DNA from: Novosphingobium sp.
GTDB taxonomy: Bacteria > Pseudomonadota > Alphaproteobacteria > Sphingomonadales > Sphingomonadaceae
Direction of reading: 5' to 3'
Assembly: GCF_027489515.1 (NCBI RefSeq)
Contig: NZ_JAIXZS010000083.1
Coordinates: 123,686-187,685 of the forward strand
Length of the DNA stretch: 64,000 nucleotides
A program made the position numbers and the translations under genes. Under the pieces are notes generated by a model that saw nothing but the letters and a program-made list of their open reading frames with translations, made no database searches and was not told the DNA's origin. Each line of letters starts with the position of its first letter. Position 1 is the stretch's first letter. Positions 28,474 to 36,839 of this stretch are shown here, piece after piece.

Positions 28474-29330
28474 GGCCTCGGCGCGGCTTTGGCGGCCATG
28501 ACCTGCCGGCCATCGGCGGCGTGGGCGGCGAGGATGAAGCCGGCTTCATCGCGCTTCAGGGCAAGGTGCAGGGGCTCGTCGGCCACGGCGGGAGAAACGG
28601 CACGGAAGCTGAACTTCGCCAGCGCCGTTTCCGATCCCAGCGTGCGGCGGGCGAGATCGAGCAGCAAGGTGGCGATCAGCGGACCGTGGACGACGAGACC
28701 GCGATAGCCCTCGGTGCCGGTCGCGTAAGGGTGATCGTAGTGTATGCGGTGGGTGTTGAAGGTGAGCGCGGAGAAGCGAAACAGGAGCGCAGCAGTGGGG
28801 AGCACTTCGCGCACCGCATCCCACCCGGCGGGATCGAAGCGGCCTTCGCCCAGCGGCGGCGGGGCGGGCGGGCTGCCGGGGGGCGGGGCATCGCGGTAGA
28901 CCAGCGTCTGCGTTTCGCGGACCGCGAGGGTTTCGCCCGCGAAGGTTTCGTGCGCGAGCTCGGCAAAGACGAGCGGGCCTGTGCCACCCTGCTTTTCGGT
29001 GATCGAAAGCACGCGGCTGCGGCGTTCGATGACGCTGTCGCAGGGGATCGGGGCAAGGAATTCGGCGGACCCCGCCGCCCACATGCGGCGTTCGAGCGGG
29101 AGAGGGGGGAGGAGGCTGCCGGGGCTGTCGTCGCGCCTGGGGTGGCCGTCCGGCCCCAGCATGGCGGTCGCGGCATCGGGCGTGCAAAGGCACCAGTGGA
29201 GGCCCTGAGGGGCAGCGTTGTCTGCAGGCTCGGCGCGGTCCAGCGTGGCGCACCAGCGGGTGAGCAGGCTGGCGATGAGCACATCGCGGCGCAATTCCTC
29301 GCGGCCGATCCATGCGGTGTAATCCGCCAT
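28470..29330 (-). CDS. meh: Double hot-dog dehydratase, mesaconyl-C4-CoA hydratase-like
   Basis: RRMWAAG, LFRFSALTFNTHRIHYDHPY, GLVVHGPL. Same operon as mct and mcd homologues. Confidence 0.65.
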   Translation of the reverse strand: MADYTAWIGREELRRDVLIASLLTRWCATLDRAEPADNAAPQGLHWCLCTPDAATAMLGPDGHPRRDDSPGSLLPPLPLERRMWAAGSAEFLAPIPCDSVIERRSRVLSITEKQGGTGPLVFAELAHETFAGETLAVRETQTLVYRDAPPPGSPPAPPPLGEGRFDPAGWDAVREVLPTAALLFRFSALTFNTHRIHYDHPYATGTEGYRGLVVHGPLIATLLLDLARRTLGSETALAKFSFRAVSPAVADEPLHLALKRDEAGFILAAHAADGRQVMAAKAAPRP

Positions 29331-30916
29331 CAGCCGCGCCCCGCCATGAGGCCGCGCGCGATGACTTGCGCCTGAATTTCCGCCGCGCCTTCAAAGATCG
29401 AAAGGATGCGCGCGTCGCACAATACGCGGCTGATCTCGTATTCGAGCGCATAGCCGTTGCCGCCGTGGATTTGCAGGCTGGCGTCGGCTGCGGTCCATGC
29501 GGCGCGGGCGGCGTGGAGCTTGGCCATGCCGGCTTCGATATCGCAGCGGCGGCCCGCGTCCTTGGCGCGCGCGGCGGCGTAGGAGAGTTCGCGCGCGGTG
29601 ACGTATTCGGCGAGCATGACCGCGAGTTTGTCCGCCACGCGGGGAAAGTGGATGAGTGCCTGCCCGAACTGCTTGCGCTGGAGCGCGTAATCGAGGCCCA
29701 GTTCCAGCGCGCGGCGGGCGGTGCCGACGGCGCGCGCGGCGGTCTGGATGCGGGCGCCTTCGAAGGTCTGCATGAGCTGCTTGAAGCCGGCGCCTTCCTT
29801 GCCGCCGAGAAGGGCATCGGCGGGCGCGCGCATGCCATCGAACTGCAAGGTGTATTCGCGCATGCCGCGGTAGCCGAGGACTTCGATTTCGCTGCCGGTC
29901 ATGCCTTCGGCGGGGAAGGGGTTGTCCTCGGTGCCGCGCGGCTTGGGGACGAGGAGCATGGAAAGGCCGGCGTAGCCCGGGGTGTCGGGCTGGGTGCGGA
30001 CGAGCAGCGTCATCACGTCGGACCGGGCGGCGTGGGTGATCCAGGTCTTGGCGCCGTGGATGACCCAGTCGCCGCTTTCATCCTGCTTCGCGCGGGTGGT
30101 GAGGGCGCCGAGATCGGAGCCGACATCGGGTTCGGTGAAGACCGCGACGGGTAGGGTCTCGCCCGCCGCGATGCGGGGGAGCCATTCGGCCTTCTGCGCT
30201 TCGGTGCCGCCGAGCATGATGAGTTCGCCCGCGATCTCCGAGCGGGTGCCGAGCGAGCCTGCGCCGATCCAGCCGCGCGAGAGTTCCTCGCTGACAAGGC
30301 ACATGACCAGCTTGCCGAGGCCGAGGCCGCCGTACTCCTCAGGAATGCAGACGCCGAAGGTGCCGAGATCGGCCATCGCGCGCACGGTCTCGTCCGGGAT
30401 AAGTGCATTGGCGAGGTGCCACTTGTGCGCGTGGGGGAGGATCTCGGCATCGGTGAAGCGGCGGAACTGGGCGCGGATTTCATCGAGCGCAGCGTCGTGG
30501 AAGGTTTCGCTGGGCCATTGGCCTTCGGCGAGCGCGGCGGCGAGAGCGGCGCGGGTTTCGGCCATGTCGGCATCGAGCAAGGGCGCGGCGATATCGGCGA
30601 GGGTGCGGGCTTCGGCGGTGAGCCCGAGGTCTGCCGGGCGCAGCATTTCGGCGGGGCCCATGAGGAGCGCGCCGGTGAGCTGGCCTAGCGTTTCGGCGAA
30701 AGCGAGCTGCGCAACATGGGCATCGAGCGGATTGCTGCTTCCCTCGGCCCACTGCGCGACGGCTTCGAGAGCGGCCACGCTGGTGGCGATCCATGCAAAG
30801 CCGTGCGCGGCGCGCTGCTCCGCATCGACCGGACGGTTGGCGAGGCGGCGGGCGAGCGCGGCGCGGGCGGCTTCGCGGTAGGCAATGGCCGCAAGAAGCG
30901 GCGCTTTGAGGTCCAT
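29330..30916 (-). CDS. mcd: (2S)-methylsuccinyl-CoA dehydrogenase-like acyl-CoA dehydrogenase
   Basis: Extra N-terminal domain (QRAAHGFAWIAT), SEELSRGWIGAGSLGTRSEIA, GSEIEVLGYRGMREY, LCDARILSIFEGAAEIQAQVIAR, matching my recollection of Rhodobacter Mcd. ATG 30916. Confidence 0.78.
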   Translation of the reverse strand: MDLKAPLLAAIAYREAARAALARRLANRPVDAEQRAAHGFAWIATSVAALEAVAQWAEGSSNPLDAHVAQLAFAETLGQLTGALLMGPAEMLRPADLGLTAEARTLADIAAPLLDADMAETRAALAAALAEGQWPSETFHDAALDEIRAQFRRFTDAEILPHAHKWHLANALIPDETVRAMADLGTFGVCIPEEYGGLGLGKLVMCLVSEELSRGWIGAGSLGTRSEIAGELIMLGGTEAQKAEWLPRIAAGETLPVAVFTEPDVGSDLGALTTRAKQDESGDWVIHGAKTWITHAARSDVMTLLVRTQPDTPGYAGLSMLLVPKPRGTEDNPFPAEGMTGSEIEVLGYRGMREYTLQFDGMRAPADALLGGKEGAGFKQLMQTFEGARIQTAARAVGTARRALELGLDYALQRKQFGQALIHFPRVADKLAVMLAEYVTARELSYAAARAKDAGRRCDIEAGMAKLHAARAAWTAADASLQIHGGNGYALEYEISRVLCDARILSIFEGAAEIQAQVIARGLMAGRG

Positions 30917-30918
30917 GC

Positions 30919-32151
30919 TCAGGCCGCGCGCTCGAAGACTGCGGCGATGCCCTGGCCGCCGCCGATGCACATGGTCTCAAGGCCGAAGCGGCCGTCGCGC
31001 CGGACGAGTTCGCGTGTGAGGTTGGCGAGGATGCGCCCCCCGGTCGCACCGATGGGATGGCCGAGCGAAATGCCCGATCCGTTGACGTTGAGCACATCGT
31101 GGCGGCTGTCGTTGTCGGACCAGCCCCAACCCTTGAGCACGGCGAGGACTTGCGGCGCGAAAGCTTCGTTGAGTTCGACGAGGTCGATATCGCTCCAGCC
31201 GAGGCCGGTGCGGGCGAACAGGCGCTCGACCGCCGGGACGGGGCCGATGCCCATGCGCGCCGGATCGCAGCCGGCGGCCGCCCAGGAGTGGAACCAGGCG
31301 ATGGGTTCGAGGCCGAGTTCTTCGAGCTTGTGTTCGGCGACGACGAGGCAGGCGGCGGCGGCGTCGTTCTGCTGGCTGGCGTTGCCGGCAGTGACAACCG
31401 CGCCGGGGATGGCCTTGGCTTCCAAGGCTTTCAGCGCGCCGAGGCTCTCCATCGTCGCGTCGGCACGGTAGCCTTCGTCGTGGGCGAAGATCTTGGGGTC
31501 GCCCTTCTTCTGGGGGATTTCGACAGGGACGAGTTCATCATCGAACAGGCCGTTCTTCCACGCGGCGGCGGCGCGCTGGTGGCTGCGGACGGCATAGGCG
31601 TCGCAGGCTTCGCGACTGATATCGTAGTCGCGCGCGAGGTTTTCGGCCGTTTCGATCATGCCTGAGATCACGCCAAAGCGCTCGATCGGCTGCGACATGA
31701 GGCGGCCGCGGGTGAGGCGGTCGTGGAGCATCAGGCCCCCCGCGCGGGTGCCGCGGCGGCCTTCGGTGGTGTAGTATTCGACGTTCGACATGGACTCGAC
31801 GCCGCCCGCGACGACGACATCGGACTGGCCGGTCTGCACCATCATCGCGGCGTTGATGACGGCTTGCAGGCCCGAGCCGCAGCGGCGGTCGAGCTGGTAG
31901 CCGGGGACTTCCATGGGGAGCCCGGCGGCGAGCCATGACCAGTGGCCGATGGCTGGCGCTTCGGCATTGCCATAGCCTTGCGAGAAGACGACGTCGTCGA
32001 CCCGTGCGGGGTCGATCTTCGTGCGCTCCATCAGCGCTTTGAGGATAACCGCGCCAAGCTGGCCGGCGTTGAGATCGGCAAGGCTGCCGCCGAACTTGCC
32101 GACGGCGGTACGGATGGGGGCGACAATGGCGGCGCGAGTGAGCTTGGTCAT
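30919..32151 (-). CDS. Thiolase (acetyl-CoA C-acyltransferase)
   Basis: ATG 32151. DRRCGSGLQA catalytic Cys, ELNEAFA, GHPIGATG, TMCIGGGQG. Confidence 0.92.
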   Translation of the reverse strand: MTKLTRAAIVAPIRTAVGKFGGSLADLNAGQLGAVILKALMERTKIDPARVDDVVFSQGYGNAEAPAIGHWSWLAAGLPMEVPGYQLDRRCGSGLQAVINAAMMVQTGQSDVVVAGGVESMSNVEYYTTEGRRGTRAGGLMLHDRLTRGRLMSQPIERFGVISGMIETAENLARDYDISREACDAYAVRSHQRAAAAWKNGLFDDELVPVEIPQKKGDPKIFAHDEGYRADATMESLGALKALEAKAIPGAVVTAGNASQQNDAAAACLVVAEHKLEELGLEPIAWFHSWAAAGCDPARMGIGPVPAVERLFARTGLGWSDIDLVELNEAFAPQVLAVLKGWGWSDNDSRHDVLNVNGSGISLGHPIGATGGRILANLTRELVRRDGRFGLETMCIGGGQGIAAVFERAA

Positions 32152-33356
32152 GCGGAGGTTCCTGCGATGCCGGCTTCGATAAGCTGGTCTATGGCTTGGG
32201 GATCGAGGGCGAGGTGGCTGGCGAGCACTTCGCGCGTATCGGCGCCGAGCACGGGCGCGGGGGCGGGGGTGCGGCGTTCGAGGCCCGGGAAGGTCGCGAA
32301 GGCCCCTGCCGCCGGGTAGGCGAAGCCGCTGGGGTTGTCCGCGGTGTGCTGGAACATCGGATTTTCGCCAACGAGCCGCGGGTCCTGCACGGCTTCGGGC
32401 ATGGACTTGTAGGGGCCGTGGGTGACGCCGTTCGCGTCGAGCTTTTCGGACAGGGCTGCGTGGGAGAGCGGGGCGATAGCAGCCTCGATCAACGCGTAGA
32501 TCGCATCGCGGTGGGTGTAGCGCACGCCGTCGTCGCCGGTGAAGGAGATGCCGTGGCGAGCCTCCAGCGCGGCGAGGCTCTGCTGGAGATCGAGCGCACG
32601 GACGAGGCCTTGCCATTGGCGTTCGTTGATCGCGACGATCATCACGCGCACGCCGTCAGCGGTCACGAAGTCGCGGCCGATCGTGCCGTAGACCCCGTTG
32701 CCGAGGCGCTCGCGGTCCGCGCAGTTCTGCAGGACTTCGGCGACGCGGCCGAGATTTGCGGCGGAGCCCATGGCGATATCGGTGAGGGGGAGGCGCACTT
32801 CGCCGCCGAGGCTGGTTTCATCCCGGCGTCGCAGCGCGGAGACGAGGGCGAAGGCGCCGTAGGCTCCGGTGAGGAGATCCCACGCGGGGAGAACGTGGTT
32901 GACCGGCGCGGGGTCGGCCAGTGTGCCGGTCAGCGCGGGATAACCGACGACGGCGTTGGCCGTATAATCGAGCGCGATGGCGCCATCCGGCCAGCCCATC
33001 ACGCGCACGGTGATAAGATCGGGGCGGCCGGCGGCGAGCTTCTCGTGGGCGAGGAAGCCGCCGACGGGGAGGTTCGTGACGAGGGTGCCGACGCTCTGGA
33101 TCAGGCGGGTGAGGACGTCGCGCCCTTCGCGGCTTGTGAGATCGAGCGCGACGCTCTTCTTGGCGCGGTTGAGGTTTTCCCACGAAAGCGAGTGGCCTTC
33201 GGGGGTCAGCGGCCAGCGCTTGAAATCCTGGCCCCCGCCAATCTGGTCGACTCGGATCACTTCGGCGCCGAACTGGGCGAGATAGAGCCCGATGGTCGGC
33301 GACGCGACGAAGGAGGAGACCTCGATCACCGTGATACCGGAGAGCAGATTGTACAT
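32148..33356 (-). CDS. mct: Family III CoA-transferase, mesaconyl-CoA C1-C4 intramolecular transferase-like
   Basis: ATG 33356. GGGQDFKRWP, LNRAKKSV, LDYTAN, VNHVLPAWDLLTG, GNGVYGTIGRDFVTADG, closely paralleling my recollection of Chloroflexus Mct. Confidence 0.72.
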   Translation of the reverse strand: MYNLLSGITVIEVSSFVASPTIGLYLAQFGAEVIRVDQIGGGQDFKRWPLTPEGHSLSWENLNRAKKSVALDLTSREGRDVLTRLIQSVGTLVTNLPVGGFLAHEKLAAGRPDLITVRVMGWPDGAIALDYTANAVVGYPALTGTLADPAPVNHVLPAWDLLTGAYGAFALVSALRRRDETSLGGEVRLPLTDIAMGSAANLGRVAEVLQNCADRERLGNGVYGTIGRDFVTADGVRVMIVAINERQWQGLVRALDLQQSLAALEARHGISFTGDDGVRYTHRDAIYALIEAAIAPLSHAALSEKLDANGVTHGPYKSMPEAVQDPRLVGENPMFQHTADNPSGFAYPAAGAFATFPGLERRTPAPAPVLGADTREVLASHLALDPQAIDQLIEAGIAGTSA

Positions 33357-33499
33357 GGGGTCGCGGGCTTTCAGGACGGTTCTTGTGGTTTGTCCCACCG
33401 TGTAATCAATCGAGCGTTTAAGCCAAGGGCCTTGGCGGGTAGCTGTCGATTTCGAGGGGAGAGTGCCCAGGGCGCACCTCATGTCAGAGCGGCTCTTAT

Positions 33500-33597
33500 C
33501 CCCCTTCGTCATTGCGAGGAGCGCAGCGACGAAGCAATCCAGAGCTCTGTGCGTGCCGCTCTGGATTGCTTCGCTTCGCTCGCAATGACGAAGGGGG
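33500..33597. repeat. CGTC-tagged REP-like palindromic element (98 bp)
   Basis: Perfect 19-bp terminal inverted repeat CCCCCTTCGTCATTGCGAG / CTCGCAATGACGAAGGGGG and a perfect inner 15-bp inverted repeat GAAGCAATCCAGAGC / GCTCTGGATTGCTTC. Confidence 0.85.
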
Positions 33598-33666
33598 CAG
33601 GGACAAAGGGGCAGGGCGAGGGTGTGGTGTCTGGACTCCGCTCGGCACGAACGGATGGGGGGCCAA

Positions 33667-34140
33667 TTAGTCTGGCACTGGCAGCGCGGTGCGGTTCACG
33701 ATGGGGCGCAGGGCAAAGCTCGTCGTCACTTGCGCAACGCCGGCGATCCGCGTGAGACGCTTCCTCAGGAAATCCTCGAAGGCGGCGAGCGAGGGGACGA
33801 GGACTCGCAGCTGGTAGTCCGCCTCGCCGGTCATCAGGTAACAGTCCATGACTTCGGGAAACTCGGCGACGGCGCTTTCGAAGGTCGCAAGGTGGTGATC
33901 GTCCTGCTGGTCGAGCCGGATGCGCACGAAGGCGTTGACAGGGAGGCCAATGGTCTCTGGTTCGACCAAGGCGACATAGCCGGAGATCACCCCGCGTTCC
34001 TCCAGCGCGCGGACGCGGCGCAGGCAGGGGCTTGGGCTGAGGCCGACATCCTCGCAGAGCTGCTGGTTGGTGAGGCGGCCGTTCTGCTGGAGGCGGCGCA
34101 GGATCTTGCGGTCAATCGCGTCGAGATCGGTATCCGGCAT
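33667..34140 (-). CDS. Lrp/AsnC family regulator
   Basis: LDAIDRKILRRLQQNGRLTNQQL...LSPSPCLRRVRALEERGVISGY, CYLMTGEADY. Confidence 0.95.
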   Translation of the reverse strand: MPDTDLDAIDRKILRRLQQNGRLTNQQLCEDVGLSPSPCLRRVRALEERGVISGYVALVEPETIGLPVNAFVRIRLDQQDDHHLATFESAVAEFPEVMDCYLMTGEADYQLRVLVPSLAAFEDFLRKRLTRIAGVAQVTTSFALRPIVNRTALPVPD

Positions 34141-34163
34141 TATCTTTTACTCATGGCGCCAAA

Positions 34164-34182
34164 ATTGGCAGATTATGCCAAT
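34164..34182. promoter_or_regulatory. Candidate operator ATTGGCA-N5-TGCCAAT between the Lrp gene and the E1 gene
   Basis: Perfect 7-bp inverted repeat in the short divergent intergenic region. Confidence 0.45.
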
Positions 34183-34274
34183 AGTGTGCCCGTGCGAGGC
34201 AAAGTTCGCAAGACGCTGCGCGGCGCTTCCGGCTATGTTTCGTGAATCCACGCTTCACGACGGACTCGAATGCC

Positions 34275-36617
34275 ATGACCGCCGCACTTGCCGATCCCCG
34301 CGTCCAACTGGTCCCCGCCATCGAAGCGCTCGATGCGCGGCTGCGCTGGCTTTCGGCGTGGACGGTTCACAATGCCAACAACATCCGCACTAAGCGCGAC
34401 GGGATGAAGGTGGGCGGGCATCAGGCGAGCTGCGCTTCGATGTCGACGATCATGGCCGCGCTCTATTTCCATGCGCTGCGCCCGCAAGACAAGGTGGCGG
34501 TGAAGCCGCACGCAGGGCCGCTGCTCCATGCGATCCATTACATGCTGGGCAACCAGTCGCTCGAGCAGCTGCAGCGCTTTCGCGGGCTGGGCGGGATGCA
34601 GAGCTATCCCTCACGCACGAAGGACCAGATCCCGGTCGACTTCTCGACCGGATCAGTCGGCCTTGGCGTCGCAATCACCGCCTTTGCCAGCCTCGTGCAG
34701 GACTACTGCATCGCGCAGGGACATATGAGCGAGGCCGATGCGGGACGGATGATCGCGCTGATGGGCGATGCCGAGCTCGACGAAGGCAATATCTATGAAT
34801 GCCTGATCGAGGCCTACAAGCACGATATCCGCAATTGCTGGTGGGTGGTCGACTACAACCGCCAGTCACTCGATGCGACGACCGCGGACCGCATGTTCCG
34901 CCGCTTCGACGATATCTTCGAGACCTGCGGCTGGCGGGTGATCACGCTGAAGAGCGGGAAGCTGCAGAAGGCGGTGTTCGCGAAGCCCGGCGGGGCGGCG
35001 CTGGAGGACTGGATCGACAACTGCCCCAATGCCGAGTTTGCAGCGCTCACGTATCAGGGCGGTTCGGCCTGGCGCGAGCGGCTGATGAAGGACCTTGGCG
35101 ACCAGCCCAAGACGCGCGCTCTGATCGAGAGTTTCGACGATGCTGCGCTGGCGCAGCTGATGACCAACCTTGGCGGGCACTGCGCCGAGACGCTGATCGA
35201 GGCCTTTGCGCAGGCGAATGACGACAAGCCGACGCTATTCATCGCCTACACCGTCAAGGGCTATGGCCTGCCGCTGGCGGGGCACAAGGACAACCATTCG
35301 GGCATGATGAACACCGTGCAGATCGAGGGTCTGCGCGCGAGCATGGGCATTGCCGAAGGGGCAGAGTGGGAGCCGTGGGGCGGGCTGGGCGATAATCTGG
35401 TAGCGGAACTCAAGGCCTTCGTCGAGCGCAGCGCGCTGGCGGGGAAGCCTGCCGAGCACAGCCCGCCAGCGATACCGGTGCCCGCGCGGCTGGCGGTGCC
35501 GGAGGGCGAGGAGCAATCGACGCAGTCTGCCTTCGGGCGCATCCTGATGGATCTGGCGCGGCCCGGCGATCCGCTGGGCGACCGCATCGTCACGACGGCG
35601 CCCGACGTGACGCAGACCACGAACCTTGGCGGCTTCGTCAACCGGCGGGGCCTCTTCCGGCGGAGCGAGCTCAAGGACGTGTTTCAGGCTGCGCGCATCC
35701 CATCGGCGCAGAAGTGGGTGGGCAACACGGCCGGGCAGCATGTCGAGCTGGGGATTGCCGAGACCAACTTCTTCCTCGTGCTGGCAGCCTTCGGGCTTTC
35801 CGCGCCGCATTTCGGGACACGGCTGCTGCCGGTGGGGACGGTCTACGATCCCTTCATCGCGCGCGGGCTCGATGCGTTGAACTACGGCTGCTATCAGGAT
35901 GCGCGGTTCCTGCTGGTGGGGACGCCTTCAGGCCTCACGCTCGGCGCCGAGGGCGGCGCGCACCAGTCGATCAACACGCCGCTGATCGGGATGGGGCAGC
36001 CCAACCTCGATTACCTCGAACCGGCGTTTGCCGACGAAGTGGCGCTGCTGATGCGCCATGCCTTCGAGCATATGCAGAAGCCCGATGGGGCTTCGGTGTA
36101 CTTGCGGCTCAGCACGCGCTCGATCACGCAAGTCGTTCGCGAGGACGAGAGCTGGGAAGCCGATGCGTTGAAGGGCGCCTACTGGCTCAAGCGTCCGGCG
36201 CACGGCGCGGAGGCGGCCATCGTGTTCACCGGGGCGATCGCGCCCGAGGCGTTGGCGGCGTGGGAAACGCTGCGCGAGGATCTGCCGGGGCTGGGGCTGC
36301 TCAATGTGACTTCGCCCGATCTGCTCCACCGCGGCTGGTCGGCGCGGCGTGCGGCGCGCTGGACGGGCAAGAGGCCGGAACCCAGTCATATCGACACCCT
36401 GCTCGGCGCGCTTTCGCCGAATGCCGGGCTGGTGACGGTGATCGACGGATCGCCCTCGGCTCTCTCGTGGCTGGGCGCGGTCAAGGGCATGCGGGTGAGC
36501 CCGCTGGGAGTCGACCGGTTCGGCCAGACGGGCGATCTGCCCGACCTCTACCGGACCTACCGGCTCGATGCCGATGCGATCATCGATGCGGCGGCGGAGC
36601 TGTTTCTGGAGGGGTGA
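34275..36617 (+). CDS. AceE-like homodimeric 2-oxoacid dehydrogenase E1 (ThDP-dependent)
   Basis: GGHQASCAS, MQSYPS, FSTGSVGLG, ThDP motif GDAELDEG...DYNRQSLD, YTVKGYG, ELGIAE, EGGAHQS, FGQTGDLPDLY. ATG 34275. Confidence 0.8.
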   Translation: MTAALADPRVQLVPAIEALDARLRWLSAWTVHNANNIRTKRDGMKVGGHQASCASMSTIMAALYFHALRPQDKVAVKPHAGPLLHAIHYMLGNQSLEQLQRFRGLGGMQSYPSRTKDQIPVDFSTGSVGLGVAITAFASLVQDYCIAQGHMSEADAGRMIALMGDAELDEGNIYECLIEAYKHDIRNCWWVVDYNRQSLDATTADRMFRRFDDIFETCGWRVITLKSGKLQKAVFAKPGGAALEDWIDNCPNAEFAALTYQGGSAWRERLMKDLGDQPKTRALIESFDDAALAQLMTNLGGHCAETLIEAFAQANDDKPTLFIAYTVKGYGLPLAGHKDNHSGMMNTVQIEGLRASMGIAEGAEWEPWGGLGDNLVAELKAFVERSALAGKPAEHSPPAIPVPARLAVPEGEEQSTQSAFGRILMDLARPGDPLGDRIVTTAPDVTQTTNLGGFVNRRGLFRRSELKDVFQAARIPSAQKWVGNTAGQHVELGIAETNFFLVLAAFGLSAPHFGTRLLPVGTVYDPFIARGLDALNYGCYQDARFLLVGTPSGLTLGAEGGAHQSINTPLIGMGQPNLDYLEPAFADEVALLMRHAFEHMQKPDGASVYLRLSTRSITQVVREDESWEADALKGAYWLKRPAHGAEAAIVFTGAIAPEALAAWETLREDLPGLGLLNVTSPDLLHRGWSARRAARWTGKRPEPSHIDTLLGALSPNAGLVTVIDGSPSALSWLGAVKGMRVSPLGVDRFGQTGDLPDLYRTYRLDADAIIDAAAELFLEG

Positions 36618-36640
36618 GCCGGGCAAACCTACAGCATTCT

Positions 36641-36675
36641 AACATCTAATGGAAGATATAAGTCCACTTGATGTT
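36641..36675. promoter_or_regulatory. Imperfect 35-bp palindrome upstream of the choline-locus TBDR
   Basis: AACATCTAATGGA-N9-TCCACTTGATGTT, 11 of 13 pairs, in an AT-rich patch with a central TATAAG. Confidence 0.35.
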
Positions 36676-36839
36676 GGGATTTGTTCCCTAAGTACCTGAA
36701 ATATTTGTTGCAGTTTGGCATCGCCTGACGCGGATTGGTTTGCCGCGCGCCGGGTGCGCTTGCGCGCATCGGAGGCTTGAGGCACTTCTTCGTTCATCTG
36801 GAGAAGCGGGAGGGTCGCTGACCTCCGGGGAGAAAAGAT

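Noticed and set aside
28470-33356. Evidence of autotrophy by the 3-hydroxypropionate bi-cycle
   Set aside because: The key enzymes malonyl-CoA reductase and propionyl-CoA synthase are not in the window. Mct and Meh also occur in heterotrophs.
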